The notes under the pieces are model-generated. The model saw only the letters and a program-made list of their open reading frames with translations, was not told the DNA's origin and made no database searches. Position numbers and translations under genes: made by a program. 64,000 bases of DNA from positions 26,490 through 90,489 of the forward strand of contig JAZDHZ010000045.1 in the NCBI GenBank assembly GCA_043805415.1, in the 5' to 3' direction. Positions within the stretch are counted from its first letter, which is position 1. Each line of letters begins with the position of its first letter. The stretch comes from Candidatus Omnitrophota bacterium. Lineage in GTDB: Bacteria; Omnitrophota; Gorgyraeia; B26-G9. Of the stretch, positions 18,949-28,727 are shown one piece after another.

Positions 18949-19543
18949 TGAGATCCAGAGCTCGGCACTAAAAGAAATGGCCAATATCGGCATAAGTCAT
19001 GTAGCAACAGCTATCGGAGAGATATCCAAGGAAAAAATTGATATTTCCCTGCCGGCACTTAATGCATTTTCTAAAGACCAATTATTATACAGCGAAAATC
19101 AAAATGGAGGTATTGTAGTAGCCTACCTAACGGTGGATGCTATTTCAGCGCTTACCGAGATATTGATTATTTTATCGCGTAAAGATGCTATCGCGCTTAT
19201 GAATAAGTTTGTCAATGCGGATGATTTAGAGAAAATTGATACAGAAGATTTGACGATGGAAGAGCAAAAAAGTATTTTTTCGGAACTTTCTACCGTGATT
19301 GCCGCAACATATTTTTCAGCGGTTGACGATATGTTTAATGTGAAAACACGTTGCGGAGTGCCTAAAGTAAGTTTTGATCATGCGGAAGCTAGTGATTTTC
19401 TCAAAGACACTATTCGTCATAATGAGGGGATAAGCATTAATGTTTCATTTACTAGTGATCCATCCAGTTTATCGGGTAAGTTTTTGCTTATTCCTGATCC
19501 AAAGACATTAGGAGTATTGTTTGAGACAATTGGCATAGGATAA
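18926..19543 (+). CDS. CheC/CheX/FliY-family chemotaxis phosphatase-like protein
   Basis: Two CheC-like repeats (ALKEMANIGISHVATAIGEIS and a second repeat around SELSTVIAATYFSAV); 205 aa. Confidence 0.5.
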   Translation: MEWVEQLDEIQSSALKEMANIGISHVATAIGEISKEKIDISLPALNAFSKDQLLYSENQNGGIVVAYLTVDAISALTEILIILSRKDAIALMNKFVNADDLEKIDTEDLTMEEQKSIFSELSTVIAATYFSAVDDMFNVKTRCGVPKVSFDHAEASDFLKDTIRHNEGISINVSFTSDPSSLSGKFLLIPDPKTLGVLFETIGIG

Positions 19544-19581
19544 TTTAAAGGATTATTTCGAGAGATAGGAAAGGGATTGCG

Positions 19582-19989
19582 ATGGTTCAAGTAGAGCTTT
19601 TTAAAATTATCATGCATGAAAATAAGCATGACCAGATAATCATTCTCAAAGAAAAAGACGGACAAAGGCAAATGCCGATAATTATAGGCATTGCGGAAGC
19701 AGCAGCAATAAAAATGAAAGTAAGTAATTTGCGATGCCCGCGTCCATTAACTCACGATCTTTTAAGTAATTTAATTGAACAAATTGGCGCTAAGCTTGAA
19801 CAAGTTATTATAAACAAGCTTGAAGGAAATACTTTCTATGCTCGTTTAATGATAAGACGTAAACATGATAATATTTTATTGGATATTGATGCGCGCCCAA
19901 GCGACAGCATTGCCCTGGCATTACGTTTAAATGCTCCGGTATTTGTTGAAGAGGAAGTTTTTGAAAAACTCCAATTTTTAAATGGCTAA
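19582..19989 (+). CDS. bifunctional nuclease (DUF151/BFN domain) protein
   Basis: DUF151-like pattern (IIILKEKDGQRQMPIIIGIAEAAAI ... FYARLMI); 135 aa; overlaps cca by 8 nt. Confidence 0.55.
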   Translation: MVQVELFKIIMHENKHDQIIILKEKDGQRQMPIIIGIAEAAAIKMKVSNLRCPRPLTHDLLSNLIEQIGAKLEQVIINKLEGNTFYARLMIRRKHDNILLDIDARPSDSIALALRLNAPVFVEEEVFEKLQFLNG

Positions 19990-21475
19990 AACTATTAATC
20001 AATCTTTTAAGAAATTAAAAAAGTTCAGAAACAACAAGCTTTTGCAAGCAATACAAGAAATTTCTGAATTGCAAAAACAACAGGTTTATTTAGTTGGCGG
20101 GGCTTTGCGTGATTTGTTTTTTAAACAAAAAAAGCAAAAAAAAACAATTGATTGGGATTTTACGATTAAATCAGGAGCGCTTGATTTTGCAAAAAAACTA
20201 GCGCGCAGGCTAGACGCGAATTATGTTCTTTTAGATGAAAAACATAAGACAGCCAGAGTTATTTGTTATGAAAACAATCAGGAATTCAGGCTTGATTTTA
20301 CAGATTTTAGAGCAAAAACTCTTAGAGGCGATCTGAAAAAGCGTGATTTTACGATTAATAGTCTTTATGCTGATGTGAAGGACTTATTGAATGGTAAGGC
20401 TAAAATAATTGATTGTTTTAATGCAAAAGAAGACATAAAAGATAAGATATTAAGAATTACAAACAAGAATAATTTTAAAGACGATCCTTTGCGTATACTG
20501 CGAGGGTATGCTTTTAGTTGTCAATTGGGTTTTTCTTTTGATCAAGCAACATCAGCACTAGTTAAAAATAATGTATTTAGACTCGCGGATGTGTCTCCAG
20601 AGAGAATATCAGAGGAATTAGCTAAAATCTTCGGGGCAAAGTGTATTTATAAGCATATTCTTAAAATGGATAGCTTTGGTGTTTTAGATCTGATTTTCCC
20701 GGAAATCAAGGCTTTGAGAGGAGTTGAACAAGGTTTATTTCACCATCTTGATGTTTGGAATCATTCGCTTGAAAGTTTAGCTCAATTAGAAAAGCTATTG
20801 CGGGTTTTGCCTAAGAAAATACCAGCTAACTGTGTGGAGCAGGTTAATGCCTATTTGGAAGAAGAGCTGTGGGGCAATAGATCAAGGCTTTGGATTTTAA
20901 AGATGGCTTGCTTGATGCACGATATTGCTAAGCCTCAGACCAGGTCTGTCGGGGAGGATAAAAAAGTACATTTTTATACTCATGAAAAGCAAGGCGCGCA
21001 GATAGTTAGAAGAGTTGGAAAAAGATTAAAATTATCCAGAAAAGAAATTGCTGTTTTAAGCGATATAGTCTTGTATCATCTCAGGGCCGGACAGCTTGTA
21101 AACCGTATGCCGAGTAAAAGATCGAAATTTCGTTTTCTAAGGGACACAGCAGATAATGCAGTGCTTATTTTACTTTTTACAATTTCTGACCGATGGGCGA
21201 TGAGAGGAAGTTTTAGTAAGAGTAAAAAGTTTATTTTTTATGAACAAGAACTTTTTAAAATGATAGTCGGGTTTTTTAAAGATCAAAACACGGTAAATAA
21301 AAATCCGCGTTTGCTTAATGGTAATGAGGTTATGAGCCTTTTAGGGGTATCCAAAGGCCCATTGATTGGTAAGATTCTGGCTCAAATAGAAGAAGCACAG
21401 GCAATAAAATCAATCAGGAATAAACAACAAGCAGAGAATTTGGCTAGCCGGCTTTATGCTAAGATGAGGCAGTAG
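19982..21475 (+). CDS. cca: CCA-adding tRNA nucleotidyltransferase / poly(A) polymerase family with C-terminal HD domain
   Basis: Pol-beta-type head (LVGGALRDLFF, DWDF) and HD motif (LMHDIAKP). Confidence 0.75.
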   Translation: MAKTINQSFKKLKKFRNNKLLQAIQEISELQKQQVYLVGGALRDLFFKQKKQKKTIDWDFTIKSGALDFAKKLARRLDANYVLLDEKHKTARVICYENNQEFRLDFTDFRAKTLRGDLKKRDFTINSLYADVKDLLNGKAKIIDCFNAKEDIKDKILRITNKNNFKDDPLRILRGYAFSCQLGFSFDQATSALVKNNVFRLADVSPERISEELAKIFGAKCIYKHILKMDSFGVLDLIFPEIKALRGVEQGLFHHLDVWNHSLESLAQLEKLLRVLPKKIPANCVEQVNAYLEEELWGNRSRLWILKMACLMHDIAKPQTRSVGEDKKVHFYTHEKQGAQIVRRVGKRLKLSRKEIAVLSDIVLYHLRAGQLVNRMPSKRSKFRFLRDTADNAVLILLFTISDRWAMRGSFSKSKKFIFYEQELFKMIVGFFKDQNTVNKNPRLLNGNEVMSLLGVSKGPLIGKILAQIEEAQAIKSIRNKQQAENLASRLYAKMRQ

Positions 21476-22452
21476 TGTGTATGGCAAATGGATATAAATC
21501 TAGATATCTTGACTTAGCAGATGTGCTTTTTCAGGATAAAATAAACCGATCAAAACAAATGCTTGCTCAGTGCTGTCTGTGTCCCAGACAATGCCAAGCT
21601 GATAGATTAGCCGGAGAAGTTGGCTATTGTAATGCCGGAAATCAGGCGGAAGTTTCGCATTGGCAGCGCCATTATTGTGAAGAGCCTCCGTTTTCTCAAA
21701 ATGGCGGGGCGGGAACTATATTTTTTGCTCATTGTAATCTGCGCTGTGTGTATTGTCAAAACCATCAGATATCTCAGCAGCAAGGCCATAAAAACAGGAT
21801 TAGCGTTAAAGAACTAACTGATATTATGCTTAAATTACAAGAGGAGCAAGCGGAAAATATTGATCTGGTTAGTCCGACGCATTTTATGCCGATGATAATA
21901 GAAGCTATTTATACAGCAAAACAGCAAGGATTAATAATCCCGATAATTTATAATACAAATGGTTATGAAGATGAAAAGATCCTTCACTTGCTTGAGGGGA
22001 TCGTGGATATTTATATGCCGGATTTAAAGTATGATAGTGAGGATGCTGGACTATGCTATTCCGGGGTTTCTGATTATGTTTACCATGCAAAAAAAGCAAT
22101 TGAGCTTATGTATAAGCAGGTAGGCGGTTTTAAGTTGAGTGAAAATGGCCAGGCAGTTGGCGGTCTTTTTATCAGGCATTTAGTCTTGCCTAATAATATC
22201 GCAGCAAGTAAACAAGTCCTTGATTTTTTACATTCGGAAATCGGGTCGGATATTGGTTTGAGTTTAATGAGCCAATATGCTCCGTGTTATCTGGCGGATC
22301 GGTTTAAACCGATAAACCGGTCTTTAAACAGGCAGGAATATGACCAAGTGGTTGAATATGCTCAACAGTTAGGTTTTGAAAAATGTTGGACGCAGGAGCT
22401 TAAAAGTAATGATGTATATTTTCCGGATTTTGAAAAACCGGATGTATTTTGA
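21475..22452 (+). CDS. radical SAM enzyme, AmmeMemoRadiSam/PflA-like
   Basis: N-terminal CCLCPRQC...GYCNAG motif plus CNLRCVYC (CxxxCxxC) radical SAM cluster site. No AMMECR1 or MEMO1 partner genes adjacent. Confidence 0.7.
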   Translation: MCMANGYKSRYLDLADVLFQDKINRSKQMLAQCCLCPRQCQADRLAGEVGYCNAGNQAEVSHWQRHYCEEPPFSQNGGAGTIFFAHCNLRCVYCQNHQISQQQGHKNRISVKELTDIMLKLQEEQAENIDLVSPTHFMPMIIEAIYTAKQQGLIIPIIYNTNGYEDEKILHLLEGIVDIYMPDLKYDSEDAGLCYSGVSDYVYHAKKAIELMYKQVGGFKLSENGQAVGGLFIRHLVLPNNIAASKQVLDFLHSEIGSDIGLSLMSQYAPCYLADRFKPINRSLNRQEYDQVVEYAQQLGFEKCWTQELKSNDVYFPDFEKPDVF

Positions 22453-22497
22453 TTTAAATTTTTAATCAGGAATTGATTATTTTTATAAACGGAAGGA

Positions 22498-24081
22498 ATG
22501 AGTCTAGTGGTCAGGATTAAAAGAGCATTGATTAGTGTTTCCGATAAAACCGGATTGGATGATTTGGTAAAAACTCTCAATGAATTTGATGTTGAGATAA
22601 TTTCTACGGGTGGTACCGCAAAGCGGATCGCGCAATTAGGAATACCGGTAAGATCTGTGAGTGATGTTACTCAATTTCCGGAAATGCTTGATGGCCGGGT
22701 AAAAACATTGCACCCTAAAATCCATGGGGGGCTGCTTGCTTTGCGCGATAATCAAGAACATTTAAAGCAAGTAAAAGATTTTGATATAGAATTAATAGAT
22801 ATGGTGGTTGTTAATCTTTATCCGTTTGAAAATACAGTTTCAGATCCAAATGTAGTTTTTGAACAAGCCATCGAAAATATTGATATTGGCGGGCCGTCAA
22901 TGCTTAGATCCGCGGCAAAAAACGCGAGAAGTGTTGCCGTTATCTGTAACCCTAAGCGCTATAAGGACATTATCTCAGAATTAAAAGCAAATCATGGCGC
23001 TTTAAGTGCTCAAACCCGGACTAAGCTTGCTGCCGAGGTATTCAAGCGTACATATGAATATGACCGAGCAATTGCTTTTTATTTGCAAAATAAAATAGAG
23101 CAGCAAAACTTAAAAGAACAATTTCCTGAAATACTAGAATTGCGGTTTGAAAAAGTCCAAGATCTTCGCTATGGCGAAAATCCTCAGCAAAAAGCGGCTT
23201 TTTACAAAGAAAACAATTCAATTATGACAAGCATTGCTAATGCGCGCCAGCTTCACGGCAAAGAATTATCGTTTAATAATATAATCGATTTAAACGCGGC
23301 ACTTAATATTGTGAAAGATTTTCAAGACCCAACAGCGAGTATTGTTAAGCACACAAACCCTTGCGGCGCTGCAAGCGCGGATAACCTTTCTTTAGCTTAT
23401 AAAAATGCTTTAGAGTGTGATCCAATGTCTGCTTTTGGCAGCATTGTTGGTTTTAACCGGAAAGTCGAGGCTGCTACCGCGCGGGAAATACTTTCCGCTG
23501 ATTTTGTGGAATGTATTATTGGGCCAGGATTTTCAGTAGAGGCATTAGAAATGTTAAAAAAGAAAAAAAATCTCAGAATCATGGATGTAAATAATTTTGT
23601 TGGCCTTGATTTTGGTAGTTTGCCAGAGCTTGACTATAAAAGAGTGAGCGGAGGATTGCTTATTCAGCAGAATAATATTAAGATTATTGATCAAGATAAA
23701 TTAAAAGTTGTTACAACAAGAATCCCAACTCCCGAGCAAATGAAAGCATTGCTGTTTAGCTGGACAATTGTTAAACATGTTAAGTCGAATGCGATTGTTT
23801 TAGGCCAAGGCACTAAAACAGTTGGAGTTGGCGCAGGCCAAATGAGCAGGGTTGATAGCGTTATGATCGCGATTAGAAAAGCAGGTATTCGCTGCCCCGG
23901 GGCTGTTTTAGCTAGCGATGCTTTTTTCCCAAAAGCGGATTCAATTGAGCAGGCAGCAAAAGCCGGGATTAGAGCGATCATTCAGCCGGGTGGTTCTATT
24001 CGAGATCAGGAAGTTATTGATGCTGCTGAAAAAGCACAAATAGCAATGGTGTTCACAGGCATGAGACATTTTTGTCATTAA
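22498..24081 (+). CDS. purH: bifunctional AICAR transformylase / IMP cyclohydrolase
   Basis: MGS-like N-terminus (RALISVSDKTGL) and AICARFT domain; 527 aa. Confidence 0.9.
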   Translation: MSLVVRIKRALISVSDKTGLDDLVKTLNEFDVEIISTGGTAKRIAQLGIPVRSVSDVTQFPEMLDGRVKTLHPKIHGGLLALRDNQEHLKQVKDFDIELIDMVVVNLYPFENTVSDPNVVFEQAIENIDIGGPSMLRSAAKNARSVAVICNPKRYKDIISELKANHGALSAQTRTKLAAEVFKRTYEYDRAIAFYLQNKIEQQNLKEQFPEILELRFEKVQDLRYGENPQQKAAFYKENNSIMTSIANARQLHGKELSFNNIIDLNAALNIVKDFQDPTASIVKHTNPCGAASADNLSLAYKNALECDPMSAFGSIVGFNRKVEAATAREILSADFVECIIGPGFSVEALEMLKKKKNLRIMDVNNFVGLDFGSLPELDYKRVSGGLLIQQNNIKIIDQDKLKVVTTRIPTPEQMKALLFSWTIVKHVKSNAIVLGQGTKTVGVGAGQMSRVDSVMIAIRKAGIRCPGAVLASDAFFPKADSIEQAAKAGIRAIIQPGGSIRDQEVIDAAEKAQIAMVFTGMRHFCH

Positions 24082-24099
24082 AAGAAAAGCAAGGAAATT

Positions 24100-25449
24100 A
24101 TGATTTACCAGGAAGCCGTGGAATATTTGAATTCATTTTTTGATTATGAAAAGGATTCTAATTACAGTTACAGCGATATGAAGCTTGACCGAGTTAAACA
24201 GCTGCTTGCTAAACTCGACAATCCTCAGGATAAATTTAAATCCATACATATTGCCGGAACAAAAGGCAAGGGATCAACTTGCGCGTTTATTTTTACTATT
24301 TTAAAAGAAGCTGGTTATAAGGCTGGATTATATACATCGCCGCATCTTATTGATTTTAAAGAAAGAATCAAAATTAGTTATCATGATTCTATGGAAGAAA
24401 CAAGAGAGCGGTTGATTGAGCAGAATGAAGTCAGCGCCCTTATTGAACAGATAAAGCCGCATGCTGATAATATCGCTGGATTGACTTTTTTTTAAATTTA
24501 TACAGTGCTTGCGTTCATGTTTTTTGCTGCTCAGAAAATCGAGTTTGCTGTTTTAGAAACTGGTTTGGGCGGAAGGCTTGATGCGACTAATGTGGTTAAA
24601 CCTTTAATTTGCGGATTTTCCGCGATTAGCTTAGAGCATACGCAGATACTTGGCAATTCAATTGAAAAAATTGCCCGAGAAAAAGCTGGAATAATAAAGA
24701 AAGATACATTGGTTGTTACTGTATCTCAATTGCCTCAAGCATGGGATGAAATTAATCTTGCCTGTAAAAACAATAATGCCAAGCTTTATCAGGTTGGAAA
24801 AGATTTTCTTTATGATGTAGTCGGAAATAATCTTGATGGAAGCATTTTTGATTTTAAAAGCAAAGATGTGGACTATCTTGGACTACATATTAGCCTTGCT
24901 GGCCAATTTCAAGTAGTTAATGCTGCTTTAGCTTTGGGCGTAATTCATCTTTTAAGATTGCATGAGATTGTTGTTTCTTCGATAGCAATCCGCAGAGGAC
25001 TTGAGGCTACTCATTGGCCTGGCAGGATGCATGTTGTGCATAAAAATCCGTTTCTTGTTTTGGATGGAGCGCAAAATCCGGCTTCGGCTCAGGTCTTGCG
25101 CGCGGCAGTTAATATGATTTTTATTCCTAAAAAATCAATTTTAGTATTTGGGGTTTGCAAGGATAAAGATGCTCGGGGGATGATGCAGTATTTAGGCCGG
25201 CAACAGAATATGATTATCTTAACTCAATCGCAAAATCCTAGAGCAATGGATGTCGATGAGCTAGAAAAGATTTTATTACCTTTTAAACGGATCATAAAGA
25301 AAACACGCTCAGTTCAGGAAGCAATGAAACTTGCTTTTGAAAATAGTGATAGCAAGGATGACCTTATTTTGGTTGCCGGGAGTTTATATATTGTGGGAGA
25401 AGCTTTTACGGCATTAAAAACAATAAAACTGCCAAAATATTTGGATTAA
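24100..25449 (+). pseudogene. folC: folylpolyglutamate synthase / dihydrofolate synthase interrupted by a single in-frame TAA at 24493-24495
   Basis: ORFs 24100-24495 and 24505-25449 are in the same frame. The translation [37 protein letters not shown] aligns to the conserved FolC block (PTEFEF.TALAF...ETGLGGRLD), with the stop at a conserved Glu (GAA to TAA would need one change). The Mur-ligase P-loop GTKGKGST lies upstream. Confidence 0.6.
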
Positions 25450-25462
25450 TAGCAAAATTAAA

Positions 25463-26887
25463 ATGATATCAACACATATTGACAGTAAAGATACAATTGC
25501 GGCGATTTCAACTCCTCTGGGGCAAGGGGGGATAGGGATTGTACGTTTAAGCGGAAATAAAGCGTTTAAAATTGGCGACAAGATTTTTAAGAGTAAGAAT
25601 GCGAAGAAAAAAGCGTCTCAATTGCCCAGTTTTAGCGTGCATTATGGATATATAATTGATAAGGCTGGTTTAAAATCTAAAAAGCAAACAGAAGAAATTA
25701 TTGATGAAGTTATTATTACTGTAATGCGCGCGCCGCTTACATATACAAAAGAAGATGTTTTAGAAATAAATTGCCACGGAGGCATTGTCGCGGTACGAAA
25801 AATTCTCGGGCTGTGCATTGCCAATGGCGCACGGCTTGCTCAGCCAGGGGAATTTACCCAAAGAGCTTTTCAAAACGGCAGAATTGATCTTATTCAAGCA
25901 GAGTCTGTATTAAATGTGATTAATGCCAAAACAGATTTAGCTTTAGAGCCGGCAATGTATCAATTGCAGGGAAAACTCTCAGGGCTTATAAAGAATTTAA
26001 TGGCAAAACTAGTTGAAATAGTTGCTCCGCTTGAGGCAAGTATTGATTTTCCTGATGATACAATTAAGCGGGTGACCAAGAAAAACATGTTAAAAAGTTT
26101 AAATGCCGTAGCTGTAGAGATTAGGAAATTGATCGATAGTGCTGATAAAGGAATAATGCTGGCTAATGGGTTAAATATAGCTCTTGCCGGAGCGGCTAAT
26201 GTGGGAAAGTCAAGCATAATGAACGCATTACTTGAGTATGAGCGAGTGATTGTAACCAATATTTCAGGCACAACGCGTGATGTAGTAGAAGAAGTTTTGA
26301 ATATACAGGGGGTGCCTGTAAAAATTTCTGATACTGCCGGCATTATGGATAGTTCATGTGTAATTACCCAAGAAAGCATGAATCGCAGCCTGGCTTGTTT
26401 GGAAAAATCGGATCTTGTTTTATTTGTTTTAGATGGCTCGCATAAGATTCAAAAAGCAGATTTAGCTGTTGCTAAAAAATTACAAGGCAGAAGAGCGATA
26501 ATCGTAGTGAATAAAAATGACTTAGCGCCAAAGATTGATCTGAGCTTAATTAGAAAAATAATGCCGAATGCTGTAATTGTTAAAATATCAGCACTTAAAA
26601 AACAAGGGTTAGGGGGGCTTGAAAACACTATTATAAAGATGTTTTTTAAAGGACAAATAGTGCGGTCAGATGAGTTTATAATAAGTAATCTTCGCCAAAA
26701 AGAAGCTTTAGAGCATTGTTATAAAAATATTAAAGCTGCTCTTGGGGTAGTTGACGCAAAAGGATATGAAGAATGTCTTGTGTTTGAAATAAGACAAGCC
26801 CTTGATTTTCTAGGGCAGGTAGTGGGAGATAATATAAGCGAAGATATATTAAACAATATTTTTTCGCGTTTCTGCGTGGGCAAATAA
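25463..26887 (+). CDS. mnmE: tRNA modification GTPase MnmE (TrmE)
   Basis: G-domain motifs (GAANVGKSS, DTAG) and C-terminal CVGK tetrapeptide. Confidence 0.9.
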   Translation: MISTHIDSKDTIAAISTPLGQGGIGIVRLSGNKAFKIGDKIFKSKNAKKKASQLPSFSVHYGYIIDKAGLKSKKQTEEIIDEVIITVMRAPLTYTKEDVLEINCHGGIVAVRKILGLCIANGARLAQPGEFTQRAFQNGRIDLIQAESVLNVINAKTDLALEPAMYQLQGKLSGLIKNLMAKLVEIVAPLEASIDFPDDTIKRVTKKNMLKSLNAVAVEIRKLIDSADKGIMLANGLNIALAGAANVGKSSIMNALLEYERVIVTNISGTTRDVVEEVLNIQGVPVKISDTAGIMDSSCVITQESMNRSLACLEKSDLVLFVLDGSHKIQKADLAVAKKLQGRRAIIVVNKNDLAPKIDLSLIRKIMPNAVIVKISALKKQGLGGLENTIIKMFFKGQIVRSDEFIISNLRQKEALEHCYKNIKAALGVVDAKGYEECLVFEIRQALDFLGQVVGDNISEDILNNIFSRFCVGK

Positions 26888-26926
26888 TAGTCCAAGGGCC
26901 AATATATTTTTAAGGAGGATTTTGCT

Positions 26927-27448
26927 GTGAACAATATCGCATTGGTTGGCTTTATGGGAACAGGGAAAACAACCATAGCGCGCATGCTAGCGGAAAAATT
27001 CCATGCGGAGTATGTTGATATTGATGAACTGATTGAAATAAGGCAGAAGATGAGCATTGTTGATATTTTCGCTAAACATGGAGAACAATTTTTTCGTAAG
27101 CTGGAAAAAGAAGTTGTTACTGAGATTGCCGGTAGCCAGAATAAAATTATTGCCTGCGGAGGCGGTGTTGTTTTGGACGCGGATAATATTGCTAATTTAA
27201 AGAAAAATGGTATATTGATTTGTTTGCAGGCAAAGCCGGAGGTGATTATTGAACGCACCAAGGATTATTTGCATCGGCCACTGTTGAATGTTCCAAATCC
27301 TAAGGAGAAAATCAGAGAGCTTCTAAATATAAGAGAAATTTATTATGCCAAAGCTGACTACACTGTGGACACTTCAAGTCTTAATAAAACGCAAGTAGTT
27401 GATAAAATAGTATCCTGGTTAAAAATAAAAAATCTAATAGTGAGTTAG
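26927..27448 (+). CDS. aroK: shikimate kinase
   Basis: Walker A GFMGTGKTT; 173 aa. Confidence 0.85.
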   Translation: MNNIALVGFMGTGKTTIARMLAEKFHAEYVDIDELIEIRQKMSIVDIFAKHGEQFFRKLEKEVVTEIAGSQNKIIACGGGVVLDADNIANLKKNGILICLQAKPEVIIERTKDYLHRPLLNVPNPKEKIRELLNIREIYYAKADYTVDTSSLNKTQVVDKIVSWLKIKNLIVS

Positions 27449-27449
27449 T

Positions 27450-28331
27450 ATGCAGGAAAGAGAGTATTATATAGCTTTAAATATGGTTTCTGGCTTAGGA
27501 AGTATTTTGATTTCTAGGTTGATGCATAAATTTTATACAGCGCAAAATATTTTTCAAGCAGATATACATGAACTAGTCCAATTATCAGGCATAAGTATAG
27601 ACATAGCTAAAAGGATAAAACAAATATTATCCACAGAAGAGTTCGCGAAAGAATTAGAACAGATCGCGTTAAACAATATTGAAATAATAACAATTCAAGA
27701 TCAACGGTATCCGGCTCTTTTAAAAGAGATTTATGATCCGCCGATTGTGCTTTATCTAAAAGGGGATGTGTCGGTTTTTAAAAATAAAATGCTTGCGGTA
27801 ATTGGTTGCCGCAGGGCAAGTGCATATGGCTTGAAACAATCAGACCAGATAGCTCAAGCGCTTGCAAAACTTAGTATTTGCATTGTTTCCGGAATGGCCC
27901 GGGGTATTGATACGGCAGCGCATAAAGGAGCATTGTTAGTACACGGAAAAACCATTGCCGTACTGGGCAGTGGTTTTAACAATATTTATCCGCTTGAAAA
28001 TAAGGCCTTGTTCAATGAGATTGCTAACAATGGCGCGGTTGTTTCAGAATTTGCTTTAAATACTTTGCCTTTGCGGGGAAATTTCCCAAGACGGAATAGA
28101 ATTATTAGCGGGCTGTGCCGGGCAATTGTAGTAGTTGAGGCGGCTCAGAGAAGCGGTTCTTTGATCACAGCTGATTTGGCTTTAAACCAGGGCAGGGAGG
28201 TATTTGCCGTCCCTGGATCAGCGAACTCTTTTAATGCCCAAGGGACAAATAAACTAATTAAAGAAGGCGCGAAACTGGTCGAGAACGCGCAAGACATTAT
28301 TGACGGCCTCTATGTTTTATGGGATTTTTAG
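27450..28331 (+). CDS. dprA: DNA processing protein DprA (Smf)
   Basis: GCRRASAYG...SGMARGIDTAAHKGAL Rossmann-like DprA core. Confidence 0.8.
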   Translation: MQEREYYIALNMVSGLGSILISRLMHKFYTAQNIFQADIHELVQLSGISIDIAKRIKQILSTEEFAKELEQIALNNIEIITIQDQRYPALLKEIYDPPIVLYLKGDVSVFKNKMLAVIGCRRASAYGLKQSDQIAQALAKLSICIVSGMARGIDTAAHKGALLVHGKTIAVLGSGFNNIYPLENKALFNEIANNGAVVSEFALNTLPLRGNFPRRNRIISGLCRAIVVVEAAQRSGSLITADLALNQGREVFAVPGSANSFNAQGTNKLIKEGAKLVENAQDIIDGLYVLWDF

Positions 28332-28412
28332 TCAGGGCAATATAAAAGGATGTTTTCCTATTGGAAAAATATCTTAAAATTATTTAACTTTACTTAAAAG
28401 GAGGGTAAGAAG

Positions 28413-28673
28413 ATGGAATTAAAGAATTATATGGAAATAGTCGTGGAAGACGCTGTAGATAAGGAACTTGCTGGGATTAATGAAGATTGGGCAAAAAGCC
28501 ATAAATGCAAGCTAGATATTATGGCGCTGGTGCTAAACCGCCTGCCGGCAAGGTATCTAGTAACAGATAAAGGCAGGATTATGACTAAAATAACGGAAAC
28601 AGAAGTACAGTTTCAGGCCGACATTTTAAGAGAAGTGATAAAAGCGATAAAACTGGTTAAAAAAAATCCTTAA
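28413..28673 (+). CDS. ComFB-family (late competence development) small protein
   Basis: 86 aa; pattern NYMEIVVEDAVD...HKCKLDIMALVLNRLPARY resembles ComFB; AAGGAGGG SD upstream. Confidence 0.45.
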   Translation: MELKNYMEIVVEDAVDKELAGINEDWAKSHKCKLDIMALVLNRLPARYLVTDKGRIMTKITETEVQFQADILREVIKAIKLVKKNP

Positions 28674-28727
28674 AAGTAAATAAAAGCAGAAGCGTATTAT
28701 AATTTTAAGCTAAAAGGTAATATTTTT

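Noticed and set aside
24493-24495. Genome-wide reassignment of TAA as a sense codon
   Set aside because: Most genes in the window terminate at TAA at a length consistent with their family. A single internal TAA in folC is better explained by an error, a mutation or site-specific readthrough.
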